This document shows positions 39,296 to 49,000 of a stretch of DNA of 64,000 nt, piece by piece (the stretch's first letter is position 1; every line of letters begins with the position of its first letter). The position numbers and the translations under genes were made by a program. This stretch comes from Rikenellaceae bacterium. GTDB taxonomy: Bacteria; Bacteroidota; Bacteroidia; Bacteroidales; Rikenellaceae. The stretch covers positions 13,445-77,444 of the forward strand of contig JAFRZW010000004.1 of the NCBI GenBank assembly GCA_017442365.1, in the 5' to 3' direction. The notes under the pieces were generated by a model that was not told the origin of the DNA, searched no databases, and saw only the letters and a program-made list of their open reading frames with translations.

Positions 39296-40684
39296 ATGAC
39301 TTTAATTAAATCTATCTCTGGTATTCGTGGTACGATTGGTGGCATTCAGGGCGAAAATCTTACGCCGGTTGACATCGTTAAGTATGCAGTAGCTTACACT
39401 CGTTTCATTAAGCAAAGCTGTGGTAAAGAGCGCATTAAGATCGTTGTGGGTCGCGATGCCCGAATTTCGGGTAAGATGGTTATGAGCCTGATTGAAGGTA
39501 CGCTGATCGGTTGTGGTGCATACGTGGTCAATGTCGATTTCTGTACCACACCAGGTGTCGAGATGGCTGTAACATCGCATCAGGCTGACGGAGGTATCAT
39601 CATCACCGCTTCGCACAATCCCAAGCAGTGGAATGCGCTGAAATTGCTCAATGCACGTGGCGAATTTTTGACTGACGAGGACGGTAAGCAGGTGCTTGCT
39701 TTTGCCGAGGAGACCGACTATGAGTTCCCCGATATCGACCATATTGGCCGCGTGGTGGCACGTGAGAATTTCAATTTCCGACATATCGATATGGTTCTGG
39801 CTCTGCCGCTGGTAGATGTTAAGGCTGTTGCCGAGAAGAGATTTAAGGTCGTTGTAGATGCTGTCAATTCGGTGGGTGGTACGGCTATTCCCGAGCTGTT
39901 GCGTCGTATGGGTTGCGAGGTTATCGAGCTGAACTGTAACCCTAACGGTCAGTTTGCGCACAATCCCGAACCGCTGCCCGAGAACTTGACTGAGATTTCG
40001 CAGGTTATCGTGCGCGAGAAGGCCGATTTGGGTGTCGTTGTCGATCCTGATGTCGATCGTTTGGCGTTGGTTTGCGAGAATGGTGCAATGTTTGGTGAGG
40101 AATATACGCTGGTTTCGATTGCCGATTATGTGCTGTCGAAGGTTGGAGGCAATACCGTTTCGAATCTTAGCTCATCGCGTGCTTTGCGAGATGTAACGAG
40201 CTGGCACGGTGGCAACTACTACGCTTCGGCTGTTGGCGAGGTGAATGTTGTTGCTAAGATGAAGGAGGTCGGTGCAGTGATTGGTGGCGAAGGCAATGGC
40301 GGTGTGATCTATCCCGAGTTGCACTATGGTCGCGACGCATTGGTTGGCGTTGGTCTGTTCTTGACTCACTTGGCTAAGTCGGGTAAGACAATGACCGAGT
40401 TGCGTGCAACCTACCCCGCATATTTCTCGTCGAAGAACAAGATTGAGCTGACTCCTTCGATCGATGTCGATGCAGTTTTGGCTCAGATGAAGGAGCGTTA
40501 CAGCCACGAGCAGGTAACCGATATCGACGGCGTAAAGGTTGATTTTGCGGACAAGTGGGTACATCTTCGCAAGTCGAATACCGAGCCTATTATTCGTATC
40601 TATGCCGAGGCTAAGTCGATGGAGGCTGCTGACGAATTGGCAGAGCAGATCATTGGCGAGATTAAAGAGATTTGCAACTTGTAA
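39296..40684 (+). CDS. glmM: Phosphoglucosamine mutase
   Basis: SISGIRG, TASHNP (catalytic Ser), DPDVDR and GGEGNGG motifs. Confidence 0.92.
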   Translation: MTLIKSISGIRGTIGGIQGENLTPVDIVKYAVAYTRFIKQSCGKERIKIVVGRDARISGKMVMSLIEGTLIGCGAYVVNVDFCTTPGVEMAVTSHQADGGIIITASHNPKQWNALKLLNARGEFLTDEDGKQVLAFAEETDYEFPDIDHIGRVVARENFNFRHIDMVLALPLVDVKAVAEKRFKVVVDAVNSVGGTAIPELLRRMGCEVIELNCNPNGQFAHNPEPLPENLTEISQVIVREKADLGVVVDPDVDRLALVCENGAMFGEEYTLVSIADYVLSKVGGNTVSNLSSSRALRDVTSWHGGNYYASAVGEVNVVAKMKEVGAVIGGEGNGGVIYPELHYGRDALVGVGLFLTHLAKSGKTMTELRATYPAYFSSKNKIELTPSIDVDAVLAQMKERYSHEQVTDIDGVKVDFADKWVHLRKSNTEPIIRIYAEAKSMEAADELAEQIIGEIKEICNL

Positions 40685-40696
40685 ACAATTGATACT

Positions 40697-42064
40697 ATGA
40701 TTAAAAGTAGAGATTATATCAAGCAGAACAGCGAGCGATTCGAGAGCGAGTTGTTCGACCTTTTGCGCATTCCTTCGATCAGCGCACAGAGTTCGCACAA
40801 GGGCGATATGGTACGTTGTGCAGAGTGGCTGGCAGCGTCGCTTTTGAAGGCTGGCGCAGACAAAGCAGAGGTTATGCCGACCGAGGGCAACCCTGTGGTC
40901 TATGCCGAGAAGATCATCGATCCGAAGGCTAAGACCGTGCTGGTTTATGGTCATTATGATGTTATGCCGGTCGATCCGGTCGAGGAGTGGCATACCGATC
41001 CTTTCGAGCCTGTAATCAAGGACGGTCGCATTTGGGCGCGTGGTGCTAATGACGATAAGGGTCAGTCGTTTATGCACGTCAAGGCTTTCGAGGCAATGAT
41101 TAATTGTGGTGAGCTGCCTTGCAACGTGAAGTTTATGCTCGAAGGCGAGGAGGAGATTGGTTCGGCAAGCCTTTATAAATGGTGTCGCGATAACAAAAAG
41201 ATGCTCAAAGCCGATGTAATTTTGGTGTCGGATACGAGCTTGATTGGTTGGGAAACTCCCTCAATTACTTGCGGTTTGCGCGGTTTATGTTATATGGAGG
41301 TTGAAGTAACGGGTCCGAACAAAGATCTGCATTCGGGTCTTTATGGTGGCGCGGTTGCCAACCCTGCAAATGTGCTTACGCGTTTGGTTGCGTCGCTCAT
41401 TGATGAGAATGGTCATATCACAATACCTAATTTCTATGACGATGTTCGTGAGCTGACTCCTGCTGAGCGTCGCGCTTTCAACAAGGCACCATTCTGCCTG
41501 CGCGAGTATAAGAAGGCGTTGGAGATCGGTGATGTCGAAGGCGAAGATGGCTACACCACTATTGAGCGTACGGGTGTTCGTCCGTCGCTTGACGTGAATG
41601 GTATTTGGGGTGGCTACACCGAGGAGGGTACGAAGACCGTGATTCCTTCGAAGGCGTCGGCAAAGATCTCGATGCGATTGGTTCCCGATCAGGACTATGT
41701 TAAGATCGGCAAGCTGTTCGAGAAACATTTCAAGGCTATAGCTCCTAAGAGCGTGAAGGTCAAGGTGCGCACGTTGCACGGTGGCGCTCCCTATGTTTCG
41801 CCCACCGACCTGCCCGCATACAAGGCTGCGGCTAAGGCGTTGGAGGAGACCTTCGGTAAGAAGCCTCTGCCGTACTATTCGGGTGGCTCGATTCCGATCA
41901 TAAGTGGTTTCGAGAAGATTTTGGGCTTGAAGTCGATTTTGATGGGCTTTGGTTTGGATCGAGATGCGATTCATTCGCCCAATGAGAGCTATGGTTTGGA
42001 TAATTTCTATCGTGGTATCGAAACCATAACGCTGTTCTACAAGTATTTTGCTCAGTCGAAATAA
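40697..42064 (+). CDS. M20 family dipeptidase
   Basis: YGHYDV, GANDDKG, EGEEEIGS, DLHSG and HSPNE motifs. Confidence 0.93.
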   Translation: MIKSRDYIKQNSERFESELFDLLRIPSISAQSSHKGDMVRCAEWLAASLLKAGADKAEVMPTEGNPVVYAEKIIDPKAKTVLVYGHYDVMPVDPVEEWHTDPFEPVIKDGRIWARGANDDKGQSFMHVKAFEAMINCGELPCNVKFMLEGEEEIGSASLYKWCRDNKKMLKADVILVSDTSLIGWETPSITCGLRGLCYMEVEVTGPNKDLHSGLYGGAVANPANVLTRLVASLIDENGHITIPNFYDDVRELTPAERRAFNKAPFCLREYKKALEIGDVEGEDGYTTIERTGVRPSLDVNGIWGGYTEEGTKTVIPSKASAKISMRLVPDQDYVKIGKLFEKHFKAIAPKSVKVKVRTLHGGAPYVSPTDLPAYKAAAKALEETFGKKPLPYYSGGSIPIISGFEKILGLKSILMGFGLDRDAIHSPNESYGLDNFYRGIETITLFYKYFAQSK

Positions 42065-42079
42065 AGTAACGCTTTAAGT

Positions 42080-42127
42080 AAAACGGGCGGAGATCGACGC
42101 GATTCGACTCTCCGTCCGTTTTATTTT
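42080..42127 (+). terminator. Terminator after the dipeptidase
   Basis: AAAACGGGCGGAG / CTCCGTCCGTTTT followed by ATTTT. Confidence 0.8.
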
Positions 42128-42164
42128 GCGCTCGACGACTTAATGAGCAATTTGGCAGCTAAAC

Positions 42165-42202
42165 AAAAACGCACACTACTCATTCGGAGTTGTGTGCGTT
42201 TT
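42165..42202 (-). terminator. Terminator after the glyA-DUF2461 unit
   Basis: AAAACGCACAC / GTGTGCGTTTT inverted repeat. Confidence 0.7.
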
Positions 42203-42223
42203 CTTGTGAAATGAGAATCTCAA

Positions 42224-42904
42224 TTACATCATCTCTTCGTATGCGTATTGGATTGCGCGATTGACTTGGGCGATGAAAGGTTGCGTCGAACGGAATGCCT
42301 CGATCGTTCTCGGCAACAAATCCGCGCGGCATAACTCCTCCTCGCTCATCGGGCGACCCAAACAAACGTCTTTCAATTTCAGTAGGTCGTCGTATGGCGT
42401 TCCCGTCGGGAAACCCGTCGGAGTGCGTTTCAATGAGTAGGTGCGATCGACTTCGAAACCTTTGGCCGCAGCTATCGACGCCAACATCTGCTCGCCATTA
42501 TCCAAAATCTCCTCACGGATACTCTTTAATACAATGGGCGGAATGCAGACTGCTCCAGCTGCCAGCAAACTGTGTCCAATCATTCCATCTCCCTCAGGCT
42601 CAACGTGAAAGTAGTAACCTGCATAGCCCGATTTCTTGCCGTGCGGACAGATGTACGTGCTGAAATGTGTTTTGTAAGGCGACTTGTCATTCGAGAAACG
42701 AGTGTCACGATTGATGCGGAAGATGCAGTCCTTAGGTGTTAGGCCGCGCACCTCCGCATCAAACGTGCCAATGCCATCGATCAACTCAGCAGTAAATTCT
42801 TCGAATCGAGTACGCAACACCCTATAACGCGCACGATTAGCGTCGAACCACTGTTTGTTGTTGTTCGCGGCAAGCTCTCTGAGAAATGCAATTGTCTCTC
42901 TCAT
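42224..42904 (-). CDS. DUF2461 family protein
   Basis: FLRELAANNNKQWF and IFRINRDTRFSNDKSPYK motifs. Confidence 0.88.
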   Translation of the reverse strand: MRETIAFLRELAANNNKQWFDANRARYRVLRTRFEEFTAELIDGIGTFDAEVRGLTPKDCIFRINRDTRFSNDKSPYKTHFSTYICPHGKKSGYAGYYFHVEPEGDGMIGHSLLAAGAVCIPPIVLKSIREEILDNGEQMLASIAAAKGFEVDRTYSLKRTPTGFPTGTPYDDLLKLKDVCLGRPMSEEELCRADLLPRTIEAFRSTQPFIAQVNRAIQYAYEEMM

Positions 42905-42923
42905 AGTGTTTTTCGGCTGTTAC

Positions 42924-44204
42924 CTACCACGCAAAGAGAGGATACTCTTCCATCATCTTGTTCACCTCAGCACGAACCGATGCGATATTCTCCTCGTTCT
43001 CGTGATCTGCCAAAACGCGATCGATCAACTCAACGATGTAGTCCATCTTGTCCTCTTTCAGACCGCGAGTGGTGATTGCGGGCGTACCGAAACGCAAACC
43101 CGAAGTCTGGAAGGGCGAGCGACTATCGAACGGCACCATATTCTTATTGGTGGTAATGTCGGCAGCAACCAAAGCCTTCTCGGCAACCTTACCGGTCAGT
43201 TCGGGGAACTTGGTGCGCAAATCGACCAAGATCAGGTGGTTGTCGGTGCCACCCGAAACAATCTTATAGCCACGCTTAACGAATGCCTCTGCCATTGCGC
43301 AAGCATTCACCTGCACCTGGCGCTGGTACTCCTTATAGCTCGGATCGAGTGCCTCGCCGAACGCAACAGCCTTAGCTGCGATTACGTGTTCCAGCGGACC
43401 GCCCTGAATACCGGGGAATACGGCCGAGTTCAAGATCTGCGACATCTTCTTTACGACGCCCTTCGGAGTGGTCAGACCCCACGGGTTGTCGAAGTCCTTG
43501 CCCATCAAGATGATACCGCCACGAGGACCGCGCAAAGTCTTGTGGGTTGTCGAGGTTACAATGTGTGCATACTTCACGGGGTTCTCCAACAGACCTGCTG
43601 CGATCAAACCTGCCGTATGTGCCATATCAATCAGGAGCAATGCGCCAACCTTATCTGCGATCTCACGCATACGCTTGTAGTCCCACTCGCGACTGTATGC
43701 CGAAGCTCCACCAACAATCAACTTGGGTTTGTGCTCCATTGCCAAAGCCTCCATTGCGTCGTAATCGACACGACCCGTAGCCTCATCGAGCTTATAACCG
43801 ACAGCCTTGAAATACATACCCGACATATTCACCGGCGAGCCGTGCGAAAGGTGTCCGCCGTGCGACAGATCGAGTCCCATAAAGGTATCGCCCGGTTTCA
43901 GTACAGCGGTAAATACTGCCATATTTGCTTGCGCGCCCGAGTGTGGCTGAACGTTGGCGTACTCAGCGCCATACAATTCGCACAGACGGTCAATAGCCAA
44001 TTGCTCGACCTTATCCACTACTTGACATCCACCGTAGTAACGAGCTGTGGGATAGCCTTCTGCATACTTGTTAGTAAGTACCGAACCCATAGCCTCCATC
44101 ACCTGATCGCTTACGAAGTTCTCCGATGCGATCAACTCGATACCGTGCATCTGACGCGAGCGTTCCTCGGCAATCAGATCGAAAATTTGAGAGTCTTTTT
44201 TCAT
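42924..44204 (-). CDS. glyA: Serine hydroxymethyltransferase
   Basis: [22 protein letters not shown] and [12 protein letters not shown] (PLP Lys) motifs. Confidence 0.98.
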   Translation of the reverse strand: MKKDSQIFDLIAEERSRQMHGIELIASENFVSDQVMEAMGSVLTNKYAEGYPTARYYGGCQVVDKVEQLAIDRLCELYGAEYANVQPHSGAQANMAVFTAVLKPGDTFMGLDLSHGGHLSHGSPVNMSGMYFKAVGYKLDEATGRVDYDAMEALAMEHKPKLIVGGASAYSREWDYKRMREIADKVGALLLIDMAHTAGLIAAGLLENPVKYAHIVTSTTHKTLRGPRGGIILMGKDFDNPWGLTTPKGVVKKMSQILNSAVFPGIQGGPLEHVIAAKAVAFGEALDPSYKEYQRQVQVNACAMAEAFVKRGYKIVSGGTDNHLILVDLRTKFPELTGKVAEKALVAADITTNKNMVPFDSRSPFQTSGLRFGTPAITTRGLKEDKMDYIVELIDRVLADHENEENIASVRAEVNKMMEEYPLFAW

Positions 44205-44475
44205 AAAAACTTATGGTTGTTAATTCCTATTTTTCACATATTGCGGCTCTGCATAGCCTCAGAGCTCTTTCACGATTCAAATATAAAACTTTTTCGCAAA
44301 AAATCACCACAATTCGCCCTGTTTTTTATTGGCAATCTTTGCACAAATTCCGACATTTCTCATATTATCTGGTCAATCTTAGCGATAAACCGACAAGAGA
44401 ATAGTGGGATTCAAATATTTTTCGTATATTTGTTCCGCAAAATTGGACTATTTACCACATTAAATATAACAGAAA

Positions 44476-45222
44476 ATGAAATTACTTGAAGGTAAAGTGG
44501 CGATCGTAACGGGTGCTGCACGCGGCATCGGTAAGGCTATCGCTATCGAGTTTGCCAAGGCGGGTGCCGATGTTGCATTCACCGATTTGGCCATTGATGA
44601 CAACGCTAAGGCTACCGAGGCCGAGATTGCAGCATTCGGTGTCAAGTGTAAAGGTTATGCTTCGAATGCAGCTAATTTTGAGGATACACACAATGTTGTT
44701 GCTGAGATTCACAAGGATTTCGGCCATATCGACGTGCTGGTGAATAATGCAGGTATTACCCGCGATGGACTGATGATGCGAATGAGCGAGCAGCAGTGGG
44801 ATATGGTGCTGAATGTCAATCTGAAATCGGCATTTAACTTCATTCACGCTGTAACTCCTATTATGGCTCGTCAGAAGGGCGGCTCGATTATCAATATGTC
44901 GTCGGTTGTAGGCGTTTCGGGTAACGCAGGTCAGTGCAACTACTCGGCTTCGAAGGCGGGTATGATTGGTCTGGCTAAATCGATTGCAAAGGAGATGGGT
45001 CCTCGTGGTATTCGTGCCAATGCAATCGCTCCCGGTTTTATTATTACCGAGATGACCAACGCTCTGTCGGACGAGATCAAGGAGGGTTGGTACAAGCAGA
45101 TTCCTCTGCGTCGTGGCGGTACGCCCGAGGACGTAGCTAAGGTGGCTCTGTTCCTCGCGTCGGATATGTCGTCGTACGTGAGTGGTCAGGTGATCCACTG
45201 CTGCGGCGCAATGAATTGCTAA
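44476..45222 (+). CDS. fabG: 3-oxoacyl-ACP reductase
   Basis: TGAARGIG, NNAGITRD, YSASKAG and NAIAPGFI motifs. Confidence 0.95.
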   Translation: MKLLEGKVAIVTGAARGIGKAIAIEFAKAGADVAFTDLAIDDNAKATEAEIAAFGVKCKGYASNAANFEDTHNVVAEIHKDFGHIDVLVNNAGITRDGLMMRMSEQQWDMVLNVNLKSAFNFIHAVTPIMARQKGGSIINMSSVVGVSGNAGQCNYSASKAGMIGLAKSIAKEMGPRGIRANAIAPGFIITEMTNALSDEIKEGWYKQIPLRRGGTPEDVAKVALFLASDMSSYVSGQVIHCCGAMNC

Positions 45223-45242
45223 TACGCTACTACTTAAATAGT

Positions 45243-45278
45243 AAGTCCCGCTTATTTCAAGCGGGACTTTATTATTTT
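45243..45278. terminator. Bidirectional terminator between fabG and the phosphatase
   Basis: AAGTCCCGCTT / AAGCGGGACTT inverted repeat. Confidence 0.8.
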
Positions 45279-45748
45279 AAGCACTCCTCTAACAAACCTT
45301 CGCAACCATCTTCCAACAGGTCGAGAACGATCTCAAAACCCTCGCGTCCTTCGTAATATGGATCGGGCACATAGTGCGTATCGGGGTGCGAACGGCAGAA
45401 ATCGGTCATACGGTCAATCTTCATCGCTGCTGCGCGATTGGGTGCAAGTCGATGTACAGATTCGTAATTATAATCGTCCATCACGATAATTCGATCAAAA
45501 CGTTCGAAGTCCTCTTCACGAATTTGGCGAGCACGATGGGTCAGGTTGTAGCCACGACGCGACGCTGCTGCACGCATACGCGAATCGGGCAGATCGCCTG
45601 CGTGGCCCGAATAGGTACCCGCTGAGTCAATCTTGAAACGATCTGCGACTCCCCTCTTCTCGACCAAAGCTCGCATAACTCCTTCGGCCGCCGGAGAACG
45701 GCATATATTACCCAGACATACGAATAGAATACGATTGATATCAGCCAT
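45272..45748 (-). CDS. Low-molecular-weight protein tyrosine phosphatase
   Basis: CLGNICRS and DPYY motifs. Confidence 0.95.
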   Translation of the reverse strand: MADINRILFVCLGNICRSPAAEGVMRALVEKRGVADRFKIDSAGTYSGHAGDLPDSRMRAAASRRGYNLTHRARQIREEDFERFDRIIVMDDYNYESVHRLAPNRAAAMKIDRMTDFCRSHPDTHYVPDPYYEGREGFEIVLDLLEDGCEGLLEECLK

Positions 45749-45769
45749 AATTTCAGTTGTTTATCGAGT

Positions 45770-46519
45770 TTATTTCTTGTTTTGCTTACGCTTTTGGGCA
45801 GCCTTGCGTTTTTCGAGATATTTATCATATCGCTCGCGCGAGGAGGCTATACATTCGTCATCGAACGCGATAGTTCCCATAAGTGGCATAAGTCGTTGAA
45901 TTTGAGCAGCTCGTTTATTGAGATATGCCGTCGGGCGCGCAGGGTCGCGCTGGCGAGGATTGGGATATGCGGCTACAATCAAAGCTGCTTGACGCTTAGT
46001 GAGTTGCGAGGCTGAACGCCCGAAATAGTGCTGTGCAGCCGCTTCGGCTCCATAGATCCCATTGCCCATTTCGATAACATTCAAATATACCTCCATAATG
46101 CGCTCCTTGCCCCACACGTGCTCGATCAAGAAGGTGAAATAAACCTCTAAACCCTTTCTGATCCAAGACTTTCCGCTCCAAAGAAAGACGTTCTTGGCAG
46201 TCTGTTGCGAGATGGTACTTGCGCCACGCTGACGCTTGCCTCGGTTGTGTTCGTCGATAGCGTCATAGATCGCCCCAAGATCGAACCCGCGATGTCCGAG
46301 GAAATTGTTGTCCTCTGAGGCAATCGACGCACAGACGAGATTGGGAGAAATTTGATCAATCGGCACCCACTTTTTGTTGATGCCGGCACCATCGAATGCT
46401 CGCGAAATCATTAACGGAGTGATCGGAGGATTGACCCAACGATAGGTTACTACCGCCGCCAAACTAATCACAATCAGCGCAATAGAGATCTTGAATGCTA
46501 TGCGTATTAACTTCTTCAT
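45770..46519 (-). CDS. mtgA: Monofunctional peptidoglycan transglycosylase
   Basis: SEDNNF, RGASTISQQTAKNVFL, KERIMEVYLN and YGAEAAA motifs; start at ATG 46519. Confidence 0.93.
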   Translation of the reverse strand: MKKLIRIAFKISIALIVISLAAVVTYRWVNPPITPLMISRAFDGAGINKKWVPIDQISPNLVCASIASEDNNFLGHRGFDLGAIYDAIDEHNRGKRQRGASTISQQTAKNVFLWSGKSWIRKGLEVYFTFLIEHVWGKERIMEVYLNVIEMGNGIYGAEAAAQHYFGRSASQLTKRQAALIVAAYPNPRQRDPARPTAYLNKRAAQIQRLMPLMGTIAFDDECIASSRERYDKYLEKRKAAQKRKQNKK

Positions 46520-46631
46520 TGGTAACCTTGTTCGATCAATATCAGTGCAAAGATAGCGATTTGATTTCGAAAAACAGCTTTTTGCTGGCAGGATAATTGC
46601 CGCAGTGTGATCGAAAACAGGCGATAGAATT

Positions 46632-47090
46632 ATGTGGAGTAAAATAATACGAATGCTTTCGTGGCTCGCGTCGGATCGATGGTTCGATGCTGCGGTGCTG
46701 TTTATGAGAATCTTTGTCGGGGCGATGATGCTCACGCACGGCATTGGCAAGTTGCAGAATTACAACGCAATAGTAAATTCATTTCCCGATCCGCTTGGGA
46801 TTGGTAGCGCAGCCTCTTTTACACTCATCACGCTGACCGAGGTGGGCTGCTCGGTGTTGTTGATTATGGGGTTAATGACGCGGTTGGCTACCCTGCCGTT
46901 AATATTTGGAATGTTTGTGGCAACGTTTCTCGCCTTTCCCGACAAGTCGTTTGCCGAAGGTGAGCTGTCGTTTATGTATATGGGTATATACATTATGTTG
47001 CTCATTTCGGGTGGTGGTCGATATGCTCTCGATGCGTTCATTTTCCCATATTGGACGGCTGAACGATGTTGCTCTGAGGGTAAAAAATGA
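46632..47090 (+). CDS. DoxX family membrane protein
   Basis: RIFVGAMMLTHGIGKL, EVGCSVLLIMGL.TR and GGGRYALD motifs. Confidence 0.9.
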   Translation: MWSKIIRMLSWLASDRWFDAAVLFMRIFVGAMMLTHGIGKLQNYNAIVNSFPDPLGIGSAASFTLITLTEVGCSVLLIMGLMTRLATLPLIFGMFVATFLAFPDKSFAEGELSFMYMGIYIMLLISGGGRYALDAFIFPYWTAERCCSEGKK

Positions 47091-47212
47091 CCTAAAAAAG
47101 GTATAAAAGTCGAAAAAGCGTGGCAATGGCCGTTTTCTTAATAATTTTTAATATCTTTGCGCCGCTAATCATTAAGCAGAAAAACGGAAATTATAAAGCA
47201 AATAAGATTGTT

Positions 47213-47737
47213 ATGAAACTAAAATCAATCACTCTTATCATTGCCGCACTGATCGCAGCGACAACCATCATCGCGCAGCCGCTCAAAGAGCCACGCAAGG
47301 TAGATAATCCCCAAATTACTGATCTGAAAAACAACCCTTCGCAGCTGCCGCATTGGGGCGAAATGAATCTGTTGATCTTCTATGCCGATCCAGATCACCC
47401 CAGCCAGTGTGCAGATTTTTGTAAGGATATGGAGGACAATCACCGTGCAGCCGGTGATAATATCTACGGTTTAGGTATTGTCAATCTGAAAGATGCACCT
47501 CTGCTGCCCAATGCCATTGTGCGCAAGATTGCCTACAATCGTACCAAGAAAAATGGCGCAACGATACTTGCAGATCCCGATCGCATAATCCCGACTCAGT
47601 GGGGCTTGGGCGATTGCAACAATAAATTTACAATGATCCTGATCTCGAAAGAGGGCGAATTGGTCTATTACCACAAAGGTGAATTTACGAAGGAGGACGA
47701 GATCGAATTTTACAAAGCTATCGAACCTTATCGTTAA
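47213..47737 (+). CDS. YtfJ-like exported thioredoxin-fold protein
   Basis: Signal peptide, LLIFYADPD, GIVNLKDAP, ILADPD...WGLGDC; family assignment from recall. Confidence 0.6.
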   Translation: MKLKSITLIIAALIAATTIIAQPLKEPRKVDNPQITDLKNNPSQLPHWGEMNLLIFYADPDHPSQCADFCKDMEDNHRAAGDNIYGLGIVNLKDAPLLPNAIVRKIAYNRTKKNGATILADPDRIIPTQWGLGDCNNKFTMILISKEGELVYYHKGEFTKEDEIEFYKAIEPYR

Positions 47738-47740
47738 TAG

Positions 47741-48997
47741 ATGAAACGAGCGATACTCGTCGCGGCATTTATTCTCAATGTGCTGAACATCTCGGCACAA
47801 GAACAGAGAGAGCTGGTCCGCGACAACGACACAATCAGATATACCTATACTCCGCTGGCGGCAACCGTTACCGATACGATTGCCGCTACGGCTGTTTCTA
47901 TGGCCGCTGATTCGCTGGCTGTTGATACCACTGCACCGAAGCAACGCAACTCGATTTTCCGACGTCTGATTCGCTATTTCGAGCAGGCTAATGAGGATCG
48001 CACGCAGGAGAAGAAATTTGACCTTACGTGGGTGCTGGGTCCGAGCTATTCGGCTGTTACGAAGGTGAGCTTGGGTATCTTGGCATCGGGTCTGTATCGA
48101 ATCGACCGAACGGATACGATCACTCAGCCATCGAATGTTTCGCTCTATGCAAACATCTCGACCTCGGGATATTACAAAGTTGGCGTTACGGGCTTGAACC
48201 TGATGGATCACAACCGTCATCGTATCAAATATGACGTTTCGTTTGCTTCGATGCCGATTGATTATTGGGGTATTGGCTACGATATGGCTCAGGCCGAAAA
48301 GTCGTCGATGGTCGAGAAACGTTATCGCATTGATGCTGAATATCAGTACGAAATGGCTCGAAATTTCTTTGCAGGTGCAGCGTTGGATTTCACCCACGCG
48401 GCAGCCAAGAAGGTGGCAAATCCCGAATATATGCTCGGTCAGCGCGATAAATATACGGCAACCGGATTTGGACTTTCGTTGCAGTATGACAGCCGCGATT
48501 TCGCTCCGAATTCCTATCGAGGTATCTACCTCAGCCTGCGCGAAACATACTTCCCCGCAGCATTAGGTACGACCGAAACAATCTGGCGCACAACCTTCAC
48601 GGGCAACTACTATCAACGTCTTTGGAAGGGTTGCACATTGGCACTCGATGCTTATATGGAATATAATTCAGGCAAGGAGATTCCGTGGTCGATGGTGGCT
48701 CAGTTGGGTGGCGGATATCGTATGCGAGGCTACTATTTGGGTCAATATCGCGACAATGCGATGATCGAAGTGCAGACCGAGTTGCGTCAGAAGATCTATA
48801 ACCGCCACGGTATTGCGGTGTGGGTCGGTGCGGGCAATGTATTCCCGAACTTTAATAGTTTCAGGTGGAGCCAAACCTTGCCCAACTATGGCATTGGCTA
48901 TCGTTGGGAGTTCAAGCATCGTGTCAATGTGCGTGTCGATTACGGACGAGGCCGACACGGTGGCTCGGTGGTCTTCAATGTAAATGAGGCATTCTAA
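47741..48997 (+). CDS. BamA/TamA (Omp85)-family outer-membrane barrel without POTRA domains
   Basis: GPSYS, QYDSRD, LGGGYRMRGY (the VRGY-like loop 6), GIGYRW and C-terminal EAF. Confidence 0.85.
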   Translation: MKRAILVAAFILNVLNISAQEQRELVRDNDTIRYTYTPLAATVTDTIAATAVSMAADSLAVDTTAPKQRNSIFRRLIRYFEQANEDRTQEKKFDLTWVLGPSYSAVTKVSLGILASGLYRIDRTDTITQPSNVSLYANISTSGYYKVGVTGLNLMDHNRHRIKYDVSFASMPIDYWGIGYDMAQAEKSSMVEKRYRIDAEYQYEMARNFFAGAALDFTHAAAKKVANPEYMLGQRDKYTATGFGLSLQYDSRDFAPNSYRGIYLSLRETYFPAALGTTETIWRTTFTGNYYQRLWKGCTLALDAYMEYNSGKEIPWSMVAQLGGGYRMRGYYLGQYRDNAMIEVQTELRQKIYNRHGIAVWVGAGNVFPNFNSFRWSQTLPNYGIGYRWEFKHRVNVRVDYGRGRHGGSVVFNVNEAF

Positions 48998-49000
48998 GTT

